Shown here: positions 7,597 through 19,545 of the stretch, one piece after another | Numbering within the stretch: position 1 is the first letter of the stretch | How the letters are laid out: each line of letters begins with the position of its first letter | Source of the DNA: a virus | Direction: 5' to 3' (one strand) | Length of the DNA: 64,000 bases | IMG/VR virus record: IMGVR_UViG_3300027710_000017 | Coordinates: 1-64,000 of that record | The notes under the pieces: model-generated | The model's input: only the letters and a program-made list of their open reading frames with translations | Told to the model about the DNA's origin: nothing | Databases searched by the model: none | Made by a program: the position numbers and the translations under genes

Positions 7597-7652
7597 ATGA
7601 CAAATCCCCTCAGCCTAGATATAATTATATACCCAGGAGAGGGGGTTGTCAA
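7597..7652. promoter_or_regulatory. Palindromic bidirectional promoter overlapping a terminator-like hairpin
   Basis: Minus strand: TTGACA-17-TATAAT (7652..7624). Plus strand: ATGACA-17-TATAAT (7597..7625). Inverted repeat centred on ATATAATTATAT, followed by TTTTG on the minus strand. Confidence 0.75.
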
Positions 7653-7656
7653 ACAA

Positions 7657-7923
7657 TTACTTAGAGTTTTTGTCTACTTTAGAAAAAGCCTGGTTAATCT
7701 CTTCTAGAGTTAGCTGGCCGTCATCCAAGAATGCTCTTGCAAGCTTCTCTACTACGCTAGCTACTCCAAGAATACCTGCCATGATTACTGCAGAGATTAG
7801 GTCAATTCCTACTACTGCACCTGCACCCAAGACGCTAAGTCCTGAAGCCGCAAACACAGCTAGAATTCTCCAGAATATGTTCTTGATGGTTGCCCATCCT
7901 CCTGTTACTCCTTGTTCTTCCAT
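7657..7923 (-). CDS. Small membrane protein (holin-like)
   Basis: Two hydrophobic Gly/Ala-rich segments, charged C-terminus with DDGQLTLEEI; SD AGGAGG. Confidence 0.6.
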   Translation of the reverse strand: MEEQGVTGGWATIKNIFWRILAVFAASGLSVLGAGAVVGIDLISAVIMAGILGVASVVEKLARAFLDDGQLTLEEINQAFSKVDKNSK

Positions 7924-7937
7924 GTTATCCTCCTATT

Positions 7938-8123
7938 TTATTTATCTTCTTTTTCATAACGAAAAATCGGAAATGTTACTACCCATACTAATAAAGTAAT
8001 TAGTATTAAGTTTCCTGTAAGTTCCTTAGCGGAACCTTCAAGAACAAGCCAAGCCACAACCATGCCAAGCAATGTCCATGCCTGTTCTACGATGTCCTTA
8101 GCCAATGCTGTTAAAAATTTCAT
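7938..8123 (-). CDS. Small two-TM membrane protein
   Basis: WTLLGMVVAWLVL and LILITLLVWVVTFPIF helices. Confidence 0.7.
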   Translation of the reverse strand: MKFLTALAKDIVEQAWTLLGMVVAWLVLEGSAKELTGNLILITLLVWVVTFPIFRYEKEDK

Positions 8124-8126
8124 TTT

Positions 8127-10058
8127 TTACGATCCACTCCTTATGTTTACTGTTGTTGCTATACCGCTTATAGAAATTGCTGATAGAGCTGCTTGCACCG
8201 CAACAATTGCTGTAACTACTACCTTCTCTGAATCCTCTCTAACTTGTGGGCTCATGTCTGCCCCTGCGTTTCCAAGGAAGTTTAGGGCCTCTACGGCTCC
8301 ACCAAGAACATCCCCAAGAAGTGGGATAGCCACTAGGGATTCATCTAAAACAATGTCATCGGCCTGGGCTGCCACAAATAGGGCCTCCAGAGCCTGCTGA
8401 TACTCCTCTGAGCCCTGTTCTGCTGTCTCAAAGGTCTCCAGCGCTGCCTCTATAAGAGCCCCTACCTGGGCCTCTGAGAGCTCTGTAGCTATGATCTGAG
8501 AGAGGTCTACAGCCATGAGCAATTCTGGGGAAATCTCCTCTGGTAATTCTTCGGCAGATGTGATAGACTCTTCTTCAGGCTCTATAACGGGAGGTTCAAT
8601 TGGAGAAGGTATTACAGGTTCTGGTTCTGGCTCTGCTGGTGGCTCTATTTCCTCTGGCTGTGGCGTGGTCGATTCTTCTGGCTCTGGCTCCAATGACGGT
8701 TCTGGTTCTGGGGTTGCTGGTATGGAGGGCTGTGGCTCTGGTACAACGGGCACGACTGGGGATGGCTCAATCGGAGTCTGAACTGGAATATCCTCATAGA
8801 CTATTAGAAGAATCAAGACCTTAGGCGTTCCAGGGGCTGGATCATTTTCAAATACGGTGTTAGACACCTCTACTATTGCTGAAGTTTCTCCAGCTAACAA
8901 TTCAAAGAGGATAGAAGAAACATCTTGGCCACGAGTCGAGTTGTTTGGATCTCCGTAGTATCCTATGGCACTAGCAATCCTCTGACCTTCAGGGGCAACT
9001 ATCTCTACAACTGATCCTTCCCATGTAGTTGTTGCACCTTCTGGAACTGTGGGGGCAGGAGGTGGAGGAGACGCCACTAATGTCGAAGCAGTATCTGAGA
9101 AGGAAGAATAGATAGCTTCTGTGTCGTTATCAGAACGTATTCTGAATTGATAAGTCTGATCCAACCCACCTGTAGTTGCAAAAGCATCTCTAGATATGTT
9201 AATGCTGTTTGTGGTAGACGAGATTCCCCAACCTGTGGCGAAGTTATCTGTTGACCAACTAACTGCGTAACGCTCTACTGATGTGCTAGTAGGTATTGGA
9301 GCATCCCAGGTAAGCTGAACGGTTCCGTCTTGCAGCTGAGTAGCGGTGACGTTTGTTGGAGCGTTAAGAGATGGAGCTGGTGGTGGTGGGTTAAATGGAG
9401 CTTCTTCAGTTGGCTCTGGTGCCAGCTCTGGAGTCTCTTCTGTCTCTTCAATTCCGTAAGTCTCGAAGTCAACAATGCTTCCATCATTTAGACGCACTCC
9501 AGTTCGTGGATTGTTCTGTGGGTACTCTGGACCACTTAGGGTGTAGGCCATTGCAACTGTTCCGTCTGAAAGGATAGCAGCGGTAATAACAATACGAGTA
9601 GGTTCTAATGTGCCCTGTAGCCAGATTGGTCTAGCTGAAATGTCTACCTGAAATCCACCATCTGATGAACGAATGATGAGATGTTCATCTGCTCTGTTGT
9701 TTGGGTATACAACCCAGTCAAAAGAGTAAAGCGAGATAGAGGGGGTGCCTGGGTAGGTCCAGTAAGTTCCGTCTGGTCTGCCGAAGGTGATTACTGAGTT
9801 GGTGGTCGCATAAATATTGTTGTAGACAATCCCATCGAAAGTTACGCTGGTTGTTAGTGGAATCTGGTAAGAGGTATCGTCTCCACCGCAGGTGCGAATT
9901 TCTGTGACTACTGGTTCTGTTGAGGCTGCTTGCTGAGCAGCGGCAGCTGCAGCTTCTTGTCCTGGGTAGACGCAGCTTGCATGTGCAAAACTAGCTCCCA
10001 TAAATGATGGGAAAAAAGCTAGAGACAGGACTACTAAAATTTTGATAGGGGTTTTTAT
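8127..10058 (-). CDS. Secreted/membrane-anchored mosaic surface protein (NIDO-like, Fn3, SUEL-lectin-like, Pro/Glu stalk, C-terminal anchor); probable ATA start
   Basis: Frame is open upstream of the ATG at 10001 to an ATA at 10058, 5 nt after SD AAGGAG, which completes a signal peptide; domain motifs are given in the findings. Confidence 0.75.
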   Translation of the reverse strand: MKTPIKILVVLSLAFFPSFMGASFAHASCVYPGQEAAAAAAQQAASTEPVVTEIRTCGGDDTSYQIPLTTSVTFDGIVYNNIYATTNSVITFGRPDGTYWTYPGTPSISLYSFDWVVYPNNRADEHLIIRSSDGGFQVDISARPIWLQGTLEPTRIVITAAILSDGTVAMAYTLSGPEYPQNNPRTGVRLNDGSIVDFETYGIEETEETPELAPEPTEEAPFNPPPPAPSLNAPTNVTATQLQDGTVQLTWDAPIPTSTSVERYAVSWSTDNFATGWGISSTTNSINISRDAFATTGGLDQTYQFRIRSDNDTEAIYSSFSDTASTLVASPPPPAPTVPEGATTTWEGSVVEIVAPEGQRIASAIGYYGDPNNSTRGQDVSSILFELLAGETSAIVEVSNTVFENDPAPGTPKVLILLIVYEDIPVQTPIEPSPVVPVVPEPQPSIPATPEPEPSLEPEPEESTTPQPEEIEPPAEPEPEPVIPSPIEPPVIEPEEESITSAEELPEEISPELLMAVDLSQIIATELSEAQVGALIEAALETFETAEQGSEEYQQALEALFVAAQADDIVLDESLVAIPLLGDVLGGAVEALNFLGNAGADMSPQVREDSEKVVVTAIVAVQAALSAISISGIATTVNIRSGS

Positions 10059-10119
10059 TTTTGCTCCTTGTTAGTGGGGTAAGACTAACAGGATAATTAT
10101 ACCATTTTATTTAGGTATA

Positions 10120-13173
<3,054 letters not shown>

Positions 13174-13187
<14 letters not shown>

Positions 13188-13593
13188 ATAGAATCCTCAT
13201 CCTTTGTTTTACTTTGTCTACGTCTTCGGGTGTGCCGAATATTTCTATCCTAGCAACAATTGGTACTCCAGTTTTTTTAGAGATTAATTCTGCAGCCTTG
13301 CAAAAATGTTCTCCAAAGTTTGTATTCCCAAATCCAACTACTCCTCTGAGGAGATCTCTGTTTTGGGGTACATTTAAAAATTGTCTGACTTGTCTGGGAA
13401 TCGCACTACGTTCGGATCCTCCACCGTAAGTCGGTACAAAGAGTATATAAGGAGAATTGGAAACAAAAGGAGCATGCCCAATCCCAGAATCAATAGGAAT
13501 CCTAGCAATATTAAAGCTTCCATCATCTACCTTATTTACAAATCTTTTTGTATTTCCTGAGTAATTTGAGAAATACACAATGTTTATGGACAT
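13174..13593 (-). CDS. nrdI: Flavodoxin NrdI
   Basis: [35 protein letters not shown]. Confidence 0.95.
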
Positions 13594-13623
13594 TAATTAT
13601 ACCTCTCTTTTTTGTTTGGAGAT

Positions 13624-13655
13624 AAACAAAGGGAAGGGCAAAAATAGCCCTTCCC
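13624..13655 (-). terminator. Rho-independent terminator
   Basis: GGGAAGGGC-TATTTTT-GCCCTTCCC-TTTGTTT. Confidence 0.8.
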
Positions 13656-13674
13656 CAAGTCTATCTTGCTTTAA

Positions 13675-14559
13675 TTACTTGACTAGCTTAACTCTCTTGG
13701 ACTTCTTTACTAGCTTGTTGTACTTAGCAGCTAGCTTGTTAAAGTCGCTCTTTAGCTTTGCATTGTCTGCATTCAGAATAGCTACCTGAGTAAGTAGGTC
13801 TGCAGCTGCAATAGAGAAAGATACTTCCTTTACTGCCTTTGCTAGGCCAGTCACGTCTGTGGCAGAAATGTTTGCAATACCAGCAACTGCACCAGCGGTA
13901 GCAGGAGTGGTGATTACACCCTTGTATAGCTTATCGGTTGAGTTCCAGGTTAGTGCTGTCTTAACAGTTCCACGAAGAAGTGTTGTTGTAATTGTTGCAT
14001 TCTCAACCTTATTACCAAATACGTCAGTAGCGGTTGCAGTAAAGTCTACATCCGAACCAAGGCCAGCAACAGTTGGTACTGAAACTGATAGGTTGTATGC
14101 AGGACCAGCAACACCCTTTAGGTAGTAGGTTGTAGATGATCCACCAACAGAAACAACAACTGAACCAGCTGTGGTCTTAGTAGTGAATGCATAGAAGGTT
14201 GCTGTAGTTCCAGAACCTGTTGCAATCTCAACGCTAGAAGTTCCTGCAGAAGCAGGTACTGGAGCGTCAGCTGCATCCAAAGCTGTTACTAGCTTTGCAT
14301 CAGTTGCTGATGCACGAACAACTGTACCAGTTGCTACTGTAACAACAAACTTAACAGTGTCAGCAAGGTCAACCTTGTTGTCTGATGGAACTGTTGGAGT
14401 TGCTGGAGTTGTTGATACCTTAGATGTAGTTGCTACGTCTGTTGCACCTACGGTTACAGCCGCATTTACGGTTGCGTTAGCTGGAACTGCCAAGATAGCA
14501 GTTGCAACAAGCGCTACTGCCGAAGCAATAGCAATTAGTGGCTTCTTAAATGAAGTCAT
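13675..14559 (-). CDS. Secreted Ala/Thr/Val-rich Ig-like surface protein with basic C-terminal coiled coil
   Basis: Signal peptide ending VPANA; Big-like TATATDVFGNKV; tail KLKSDFNKLAAKYNKLVKK. Confidence 0.7.
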   Translation of the reverse strand: MTSFKKPLIAIASAVALVATAILAVPANATVNAAVTVGATDVATTSKVSTTPATPTVPSDNKVDLADTVKFVVTVATGTVVRASATDAKLVTALDAADAPVPASAGTSSVEIATGSGTTATFYAFTTKTTAGSVVVSVGGSSTTYYLKGVAGPAYNLSVSVPTVAGLGSDVDFTATATDVFGNKVENATITTTLLRGTVKTALTWNSTDKLYKGVITTPATAGAVAGIANISATDVTGLAKAVKEVSFSIAAADLLTQVAILNADNAKLKSDFNKLAAKYNKLVKKSKRVKLVK

Positions 14560-14573
14560 AGTTTTTCTCCTTA

Positions 14574-16349
14574 TTATAATAAATTGAATCTATCCAAATA
14601 CTCTTTAACGTCTTCTGGCATAGGCTTATATTTTATCACATCTTGCCTGTCCATGTCAAGGTCTGATTTTGACCTATCACTAAAAGTATGAATCTCTACT
14701 TCAAGGTTTTGATCCTTTGGGGTGTGAGAAATAGCCCCAAAGATAGCTCCGCAGACAGCGTCTGCAAGGTCTTTTGAAGACTTTCTTGGGTGGTCAACCC
14801 TATTATTTTTCATGATTTTTAATTCCGTAAGCTCTTCAAATAAAAGCTCAATTGTTGGCATTGCCAATCTTTCTTCATACATAAGCATGGCCATGTCTTC
14901 ATAATGCTTTTTAGCTACCGACACTGTCTCTGTTCTCATACCAACGGACTTGAGCTCATTCTGAATGTCAAACGATTGCCAACGGTCAAATGACACCATC
15001 CCAATATCGAAGCCTTGCCTTCTTAAGTTTTGTATCCATTGCTTTACTTCGGAAAGATTTACTGGCCCTTCTATTCTTGGCTCCCAGTAGACAACAGCAT
15101 CTACGATTACCATTGGCACGACTTGCTCATAGTCCTTCATTACCTGAACAGATACCCATTTCTCTACGTGAGCAATTGCTACAGCACACTTGTCATGCTT
15201 CTGAGCAAGGTCAGCATGGACAAAATACTTCTTATTCGGATCTGGCTTAAAGGTCTCATCAAATCTTTTATTTGAATCAATTGGGTTTCTTATGGTCATG
15301 CATGCTCGAACCTTTTCCTGCTGCTTAAAGAACGCATCAGATGCAAAGGTGGGGACACAGGCAAAACGCTGCATGGCATCGCCTAGGTCTGTGTAAAACG
15401 CAAGCTTAAAGTCATCTATCTTTCTTGTAGGGTTAACTTCCCAGGTTGGCTTTTTTAGTGCAAACATTCCTGGGTACTTGTAAGAAATTATATTATCTTC
15501 ATCCCAAGAAATTTCCATAGAGTTTCCTGGAGAATCTTCTGGAAGATCCTCATTCATAATAAACTTATGAGTCTTAGAGATTACTTCTTTTTCCATAATG
15601 ACGTCATCATATCTTTTAGAAATAAAGTCTCCTGGATATCTTGGGAATGATAGCAATGCTACCTTTCCAAGATCTGGGAAACGTGAATCTACGGATGCAC
15701 GGAATGCCTTATAAATATTATCAGCTGTCTTACCCTGGTCATTACCAGTGCCAATCTCTTGAGCGAAACCAGAAATCTCATCAAGCACTGCCAGGATAAG
15801 GTTAAGTCCTTCGTGGGACTCTCTTTCCGAATGTCCAGAATAAACAGTGATTGCCTTATCAAATTCTACGCTATCAGCTTTTGCATAGAACTTTCCAGCA
15901 AACCAGGGAGACTTTTCAATCTTACTTTTAAAGCCTTTAAAGAAAACGTTCTTAGCCTGCTGTGCGTTAATAGCAACGTTAATGATATCTATGGCATCCC
16001 CACTTGGCTTTCCAAAATATCTTGAAGGATCTTTTAGACACAACAGCTTATAAACAATGTATGCACAAGCAACCGTAGACGTGAAGTCTTTTCCAGATCC
16101 TTTACCAAGCTGCAGAATTACTTCATTCTTTGTATACTTTTTATAATAGCGACGGCCTTCTTCTTCCCCCATCAGGTCAATTAAATCTTCTACCCTGTAG
16201 ATCTGACTCATTGCCTCGACAATGTCATACTGGACTTGAGAGAGTGGTGGTTGCTGAAGGAAGTCATCACCCTCAACAAATGTCTTAGCGTCTACTGGCT
16301 TTTCTTCAAAGTTGTCCGCTTTAAGAACTTCTAAGAACTCATCAAACAT
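14574..16349 (-). CDS. Terminase large subunit
   Basis: Walker A LGKGSGKD, Walker B AVLDE, nuclease HADLA...FDRWQS...KDLADA. Confidence 0.92.
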   Translation of the reverse strand: MFDEFLEVLKADNFEEKPVDAKTFVEGDDFLQQPPLSQVQYDIVEAMSQIYRVEDLIDLMGEEEGRRYYKKYTKNEVILQLGKGSGKDFTSTVACAYIVYKLLCLKDPSRYFGKPSGDAIDIINVAINAQQAKNVFFKGFKSKIEKSPWFAGKFYAKADSVEFDKAITVYSGHSERESHEGLNLILAVLDEISGFAQEIGTGNDQGKTADNIYKAFRASVDSRFPDLGKVALLSFPRYPGDFISKRYDDVIMEKEVISKTHKFIMNEDLPEDSPGNSMEISWDEDNIISYKYPGMFALKKPTWEVNPTRKIDDFKLAFYTDLGDAMQRFACVPTFASDAFFKQQEKVRACMTIRNPIDSNKRFDETFKPDPNKKYFVHADLAQKHDKCAVAIAHVEKWVSVQVMKDYEQVVPMVIVDAVVYWEPRIEGPVNLSEVKQWIQNLRRQGFDIGMVSFDRWQSFDIQNELKSVGMRTETVSVAKKHYEDMAMLMYEERLAMPTIELLFEELTELKIMKNNRVDHPRKSSKDLADAVCGAIFGAISHTPKDQNLEVEIHTFSDRSKSDLDMDRQDVIKYKPMPEDVKEYLDRFNLL

Positions 16350-16878
16350 CCGTGTGGACCACCGTTATTACTTCTTGCTTTCTAGACACATCTGAAAGTC
16401 TTCGCATAATCTTATCTCTAATTTCTGGATGCTCGGAGGCAATGTCTTTGAGTATGCCAACTAAAATTTCCTGCTTGTTTTCAATCTCTAGCATTTCTTC
16501 TGCTAGTTCTTTATTTTCTAGAAGTCCAGCCTTCTGTAGCATTTCAATTCTAGTTTTTTCAATATCCATAACTAATTTAATTGAAGCATTTTTTGCACCA
16601 AGGTTTGCTGTAGTTGTAGCATCATCCATAACCTCATAAGCTTTTTGAATTAGCTTGTTGTAGTGAGCGTCTGCACCTGCCAAAGCTTCTCTAGCACGTC
16701 CTCGAATAGCTGCATTATCTGCAGCCATGACTCTCCACTCATTTATATATGCAACAACTTTTTGTCTTGGCATATCTAGCTCTTTAGAGATTTGGGTTGG
16801 TTCATTACCAGCCAAATACTTTTCAACTACCCTGTTTACTTCATCAAGGTGTTCTATTGTTAGATCTTCAAATGACAC
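16342..16878 (-). CDS. Probable terminase small subunit (HTH plus helical region)
   Basis: HTH PTQISKELDMPRQKV; overlaps terL; GTG at 16878 preferred over the ORF-track start, which overlaps the upstream gene. Confidence 0.6.
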   Translation of the reverse strand: MSFEDLTIEHLDEVNRVVEKYLAGNEPTQISKELDMPRQKVVAYINEWRVMAADNAAIRGRAREALAGADAHYNKLIQKAYEVMDDATTTANLGAKNASIKLVMDIEKTRIEMLQKAGLLENKELAEEMLEIENKQEILVGILKDIASEHPEIRDKIMRRLSDVSRKQEVITVVHTDV

Positions 16879-17152
16879 GCTTAGCCCTCTTTCCTCTTTG
16901 TGGGATACGTTTAATACTATCAGATTTAAAGCTTCTGTATGCCCCAACCTGGCCACGTTGGATTTCGAAACAATCTATCCACTGAGCTCCAGTTTCAAGG
17001 TTCGTTGTAAGGCTTTGGAACTTAAACTTAGAGCCATGCTCGCCCTTAACCTTAAAAAGATCTCCCTTGATAATTGAGAACCCATCAATCATAATTTCTG
17101 GATCTTTTGCAAACTTAGTTGGCTGCTCTTCTGTGGGGTTACGCCTTCTCAT
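16868..17152 (-). CDS. Hypothetical protein (SH3-like beta protein)
   Basis: Coupled ORF in the operon. Confidence 0.6.
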   Translation of the reverse strand: MRRRNPTEEQPTKFAKDPEIMIDGFSIIKGDLFKVKGEHGSKFKFQSLTTNLETGAQWIDCFEIQRGQVGAYRSFKSDSIKRIPQRGKRAKRVI

Positions 17153-17411
17153 TGGCCCCTCGTTCTTTAGAAACTTTAAGAAGAACTAGATATCCGATCA
17201 AATCATCAATGTCGTTATCTCCTGGGTACTTCTTTCCCCTTGCAAACCTAGACAGCTTGTCGTCAATCCTAACTAGCAGCTGCTCCATGCTATTTGCTTT
17301 AGAAAAAATTCTAACTGGATCTAGGGCTGAGTCTCCGTATGCCAGATTTTTCTCTATTAGCATGCGCTTGATCTCATCGCATATTCTATTGATATCGTTT
17401 ACTGTATTCAT
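17139..17411 (-). CDS. Nucleotide-modification-associated domain (Nmad1/DUF1599-like)
   Basis: KNLAYGDSA...VRIDDKLSR...DDLIGYLVL. Confidence 0.7.
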   Translation of the reverse strand: MNTVNDINRICDEIKRMLIEKNLAYGDSALDPVRIFSKANSMEQLLVRIDDKLSRFARGKKYPGDNDIDDLIGYLVLLKVSKERGANEKA

Positions 17412-17563
17412 CTACGGGATTTCCTTAATCCAAACTTAGCAAGATAAACGTAGACTGTCTCTACGCTTGTCCCGCACTCTTTTGCAATTTCTTCTGGGCT
17501 CTTCTTGTCAAGCCAGTAGCGTTTCTTTAGCCATGCTTCATTGGTATATAGTTTAGCAGCCAT
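17408..17563 (-). CDS. Small HTH DNA-binding protein
   Basis: KSPEEIAKECGTSVETVYVYLAKFGL. Confidence 0.7.
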   Translation of the reverse strand: MAAKLYTNEAWLKKRYWLDKKSPEEIAKECGTSVETVYVYLAKFGLRKSRR

Positions 17564-17574
17564 GATCTTTTCTG

Positions 17575-18150
17575 TCAATCCCCCAGCCTGTCCCAATTTT
17601 GTAATGCATAATGGCCTATCCCAACTGCATCTGCAATGTCATTATCGCTAATTTCTAAATCATAGTTAATATTAACAAAGTTGATTGTCTTTTGCTTCCT
17701 GACCTCACGCTCATGTTGCTTATACCAAGACTCTGACTTGCCTGGATTTTCTTTTCTCATCAATAGCTTGGCATCTTTTGTGACTTTTCCATTGCCAATA
17801 TATGTTTGCCAGGCTATTGGGTTTGTGCCCTTAAAGACTTTAACTCCAGCCAAGGATGCTCCTGCAAGTATGGCACCCTGAACCATAGAAAGCTCAGACA
17901 TTGTTTTTGGACTATTTATAAAAATTGCCCTTTCTATGACCAAAGCCTCTGGGTTAATATCTCTTATAACGTCTACAACTGACCCTATTGCGCTTGATAT
18001 TTTTTCATAGACATTCTTACCTAAAAACTCAACCTTGCCACTAAGAATAAGTTTTTTATTTTCAAAAACAGCATAGGCTATGCTGGTGGTACTTGCGTCA
18101 ATTGAAATGATCCTATTTGGAACAGAAGAGAATTTACTCAAATTTACCAT
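17575..18150 (-). CDS. RuvC-like Holliday junction resolvase
   Basis: IISIDAS, LVIER, DNDIADAVGIG. Confidence 0.8.
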   Translation of the reverse strand: MVNLSKFSSVPNRIISIDASTTSIAYAVFENKKLILSGKVEFLGKNVYEKISSAIGSVVDVIRDINPEALVIERAIFINSPKTMSELSMVQGAILAGASLAGVKVFKGTNPIAWQTYIGNGKVTKDAKLLMRKENPGKSESWYKQHEREVRKQKTINFVNINYDLEISDNDIADAVGIGHYALQNWDRLGD

Positions 18151-18427
18151 TAGAGAAATCCCTTATTTCTTTTATGGCTTTTTTTACGTCTTGAGGATTT
18201 ACTATACACTTAGTACATAGTGGCTCATCGTTATAAGCAGAAAGCGGCCCGTTACAGCTTTTACAAAGTCTTTCTTTTCCTATCCTTTTGCTTCTTCTGT
18301 TTTGGGCATACTTCTGTGCCATCTTTTCTTTGGTTGCAGATTCTCTGCACCCTGAAGAACAGTATATCTGATAAGAAATCTCTGTTTCAAATACAGAGTC
18401 ACACCAATTACAATGCTTGCTTTTCAT
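18134..18427 (-). CDS. Zn-finger protein
   Basis: CNWC, YCSSGC, CKSC, CTKC. Confidence 0.7.
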   Translation of the reverse strand: MKSKHCNWCDSVFETEISYQIYCSSGCRESATKEKMAQKYAQNRRSKRIGKERLCKSCNGPLSAYNDEPLCTKCIVNPQDVKKAIKEIRDFSNGKFE

Positions 18428-19205
18428 CTAGAGGCTCCAAGGAATTAATCTTTATTAGTCCCTTGCCAGCCTCTGCGCATGCCTTTTGTATTGGACATGT
18501 CTTGCAAATTTTAGAATTAGATCGATAGTTCTTTTCTGGCAGAGTTTTGCTTTCCCATGCCTTACGTACCGTTTTCATCCATTCAAACGCCTGGTTTACC
18601 CACCTGACATAATAATCATTAATCTCTACTGGTATTACCAGAAGGTCATGATTATTTTTGTTTTCATAAATCAAGACAGCTTTTGTCTTGTTTAATATTT
18701 TCATATAGATAAGCAGCTGGATTAAATGTCCTAGCTTTGCTTTGCCACTTGCTTTCCTATACTCAAAACCTTCATTAGGCATTGTCTTAATCTCTCCAAG
18801 AAGATCCTCGCCTGCCCAATCTAGAATAACATCTCCAAATCCAAAAATTGGTGGATCGCTATAAGTAACTTTAAATTCTGAATCTTTTAGAATTCCTGCG
18901 TCAGCCATGGCTTGCTGGATTCGCTCGTGCGACTTTGTTCCGCTAGTCATATTTGCCCCGCCGTAAGCATCGGCATTATCCTCGAACGTTGCACCCTCAA
19001 AAGCTAGGTACCAGTATCTGGGACACTCTCCATGAGAGTATGCTATTGTGCTTGGAGCAAAAGAGTTTTTCTTTGTAAACTTTGGCTCACGCTTAGCGAT
19101 ATACCCGTAGTTAATCTTATCAATAAGATCTTTTGTATTAAGAAACGATGGACCAGAATTTTCTGGACTTTTTAGCATTACCTGCTGTAATAAATTTTTA
19201 GCCAT
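18408..19205 (-). CDS. Cas4-like PD-(D/E)XK exonuclease
   Basis: ECPRYWY, GTKSHE, GDVI...GEIKT, QLLIY, C-terminal CKTCPIQKAC. Confidence 0.8.
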   Translation of the reverse strand: MAKNLLQQVMLKSPENSGPSFLNTKDLIDKINYGYIAKREPKFTKKNSFAPSTIAYSHGECPRYWYLAFEGATFEDNADAYGGANMTSGTKSHERIQQAMADAGILKDSEFKVTYSDPPIFGFGDVILDWAGEDLLGEIKTMPNEGFEYRKASGKAKLGHLIQLLIYMKILNKTKAVLIYENKNNHDLLVIPVEINDYYVRWVNQAFEWMKTVRKAWESKTLPEKNYRSNSKICKTCPIQKACAEAGKGLIKINSLEPLDEKQAL

Positions 19206-19211
19206 AGCTAG

Positions 19212-19517
19212 TTAGCGAATGATATATTTAAGGGCAGCAACCAAGCTATTGATTGATTCTGCTGCAGTATAATAAATATTCTTTTTCGCTCTATCTCCTT
19301 TTTCTACGTTAGTCAACCAGGTTGCACGAAATGCCATTTTAGCTGCAATTGCCTGAAGACGAACGATTTCTAGAGTTACCACACTCATTGGAATGTCTGG
19401 CTTTAGTATAACTTTTGAAATAAAAACAAGTGCGGAAGTTAATTCCTCATCGTTCATATAATCTGCTACTTCTGACAGTCCGTTAATCATGTCTATAGTT
19501 GAAGTGTTGTTTTCCAT
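19212..19517 (-). CDS. Hypothetical helical protein
   Basis: 101-aa ORF with TGGTAGAAT upstream. Confidence 0.7.
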   Translation of the reverse strand: MENNTSTIDMINGLSEVADYMNDEELTSALVFISKVILKPDIPMSVVTLEIVRLQAIAAKMAFRATWLTNVEKGDRAKKNIYYTAAESINSLVAALKYIIR

Positions 19518-19545
19518 AATTACTCTATTCTACCATATTCGGCTA

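Noticed and set aside
18408-19205. Cas4-like gene as evidence of a CRISPR system
   Set aside because: No repeat-spacer array or other cas genes; stand-alone Cas4-like nucleases are common in phages
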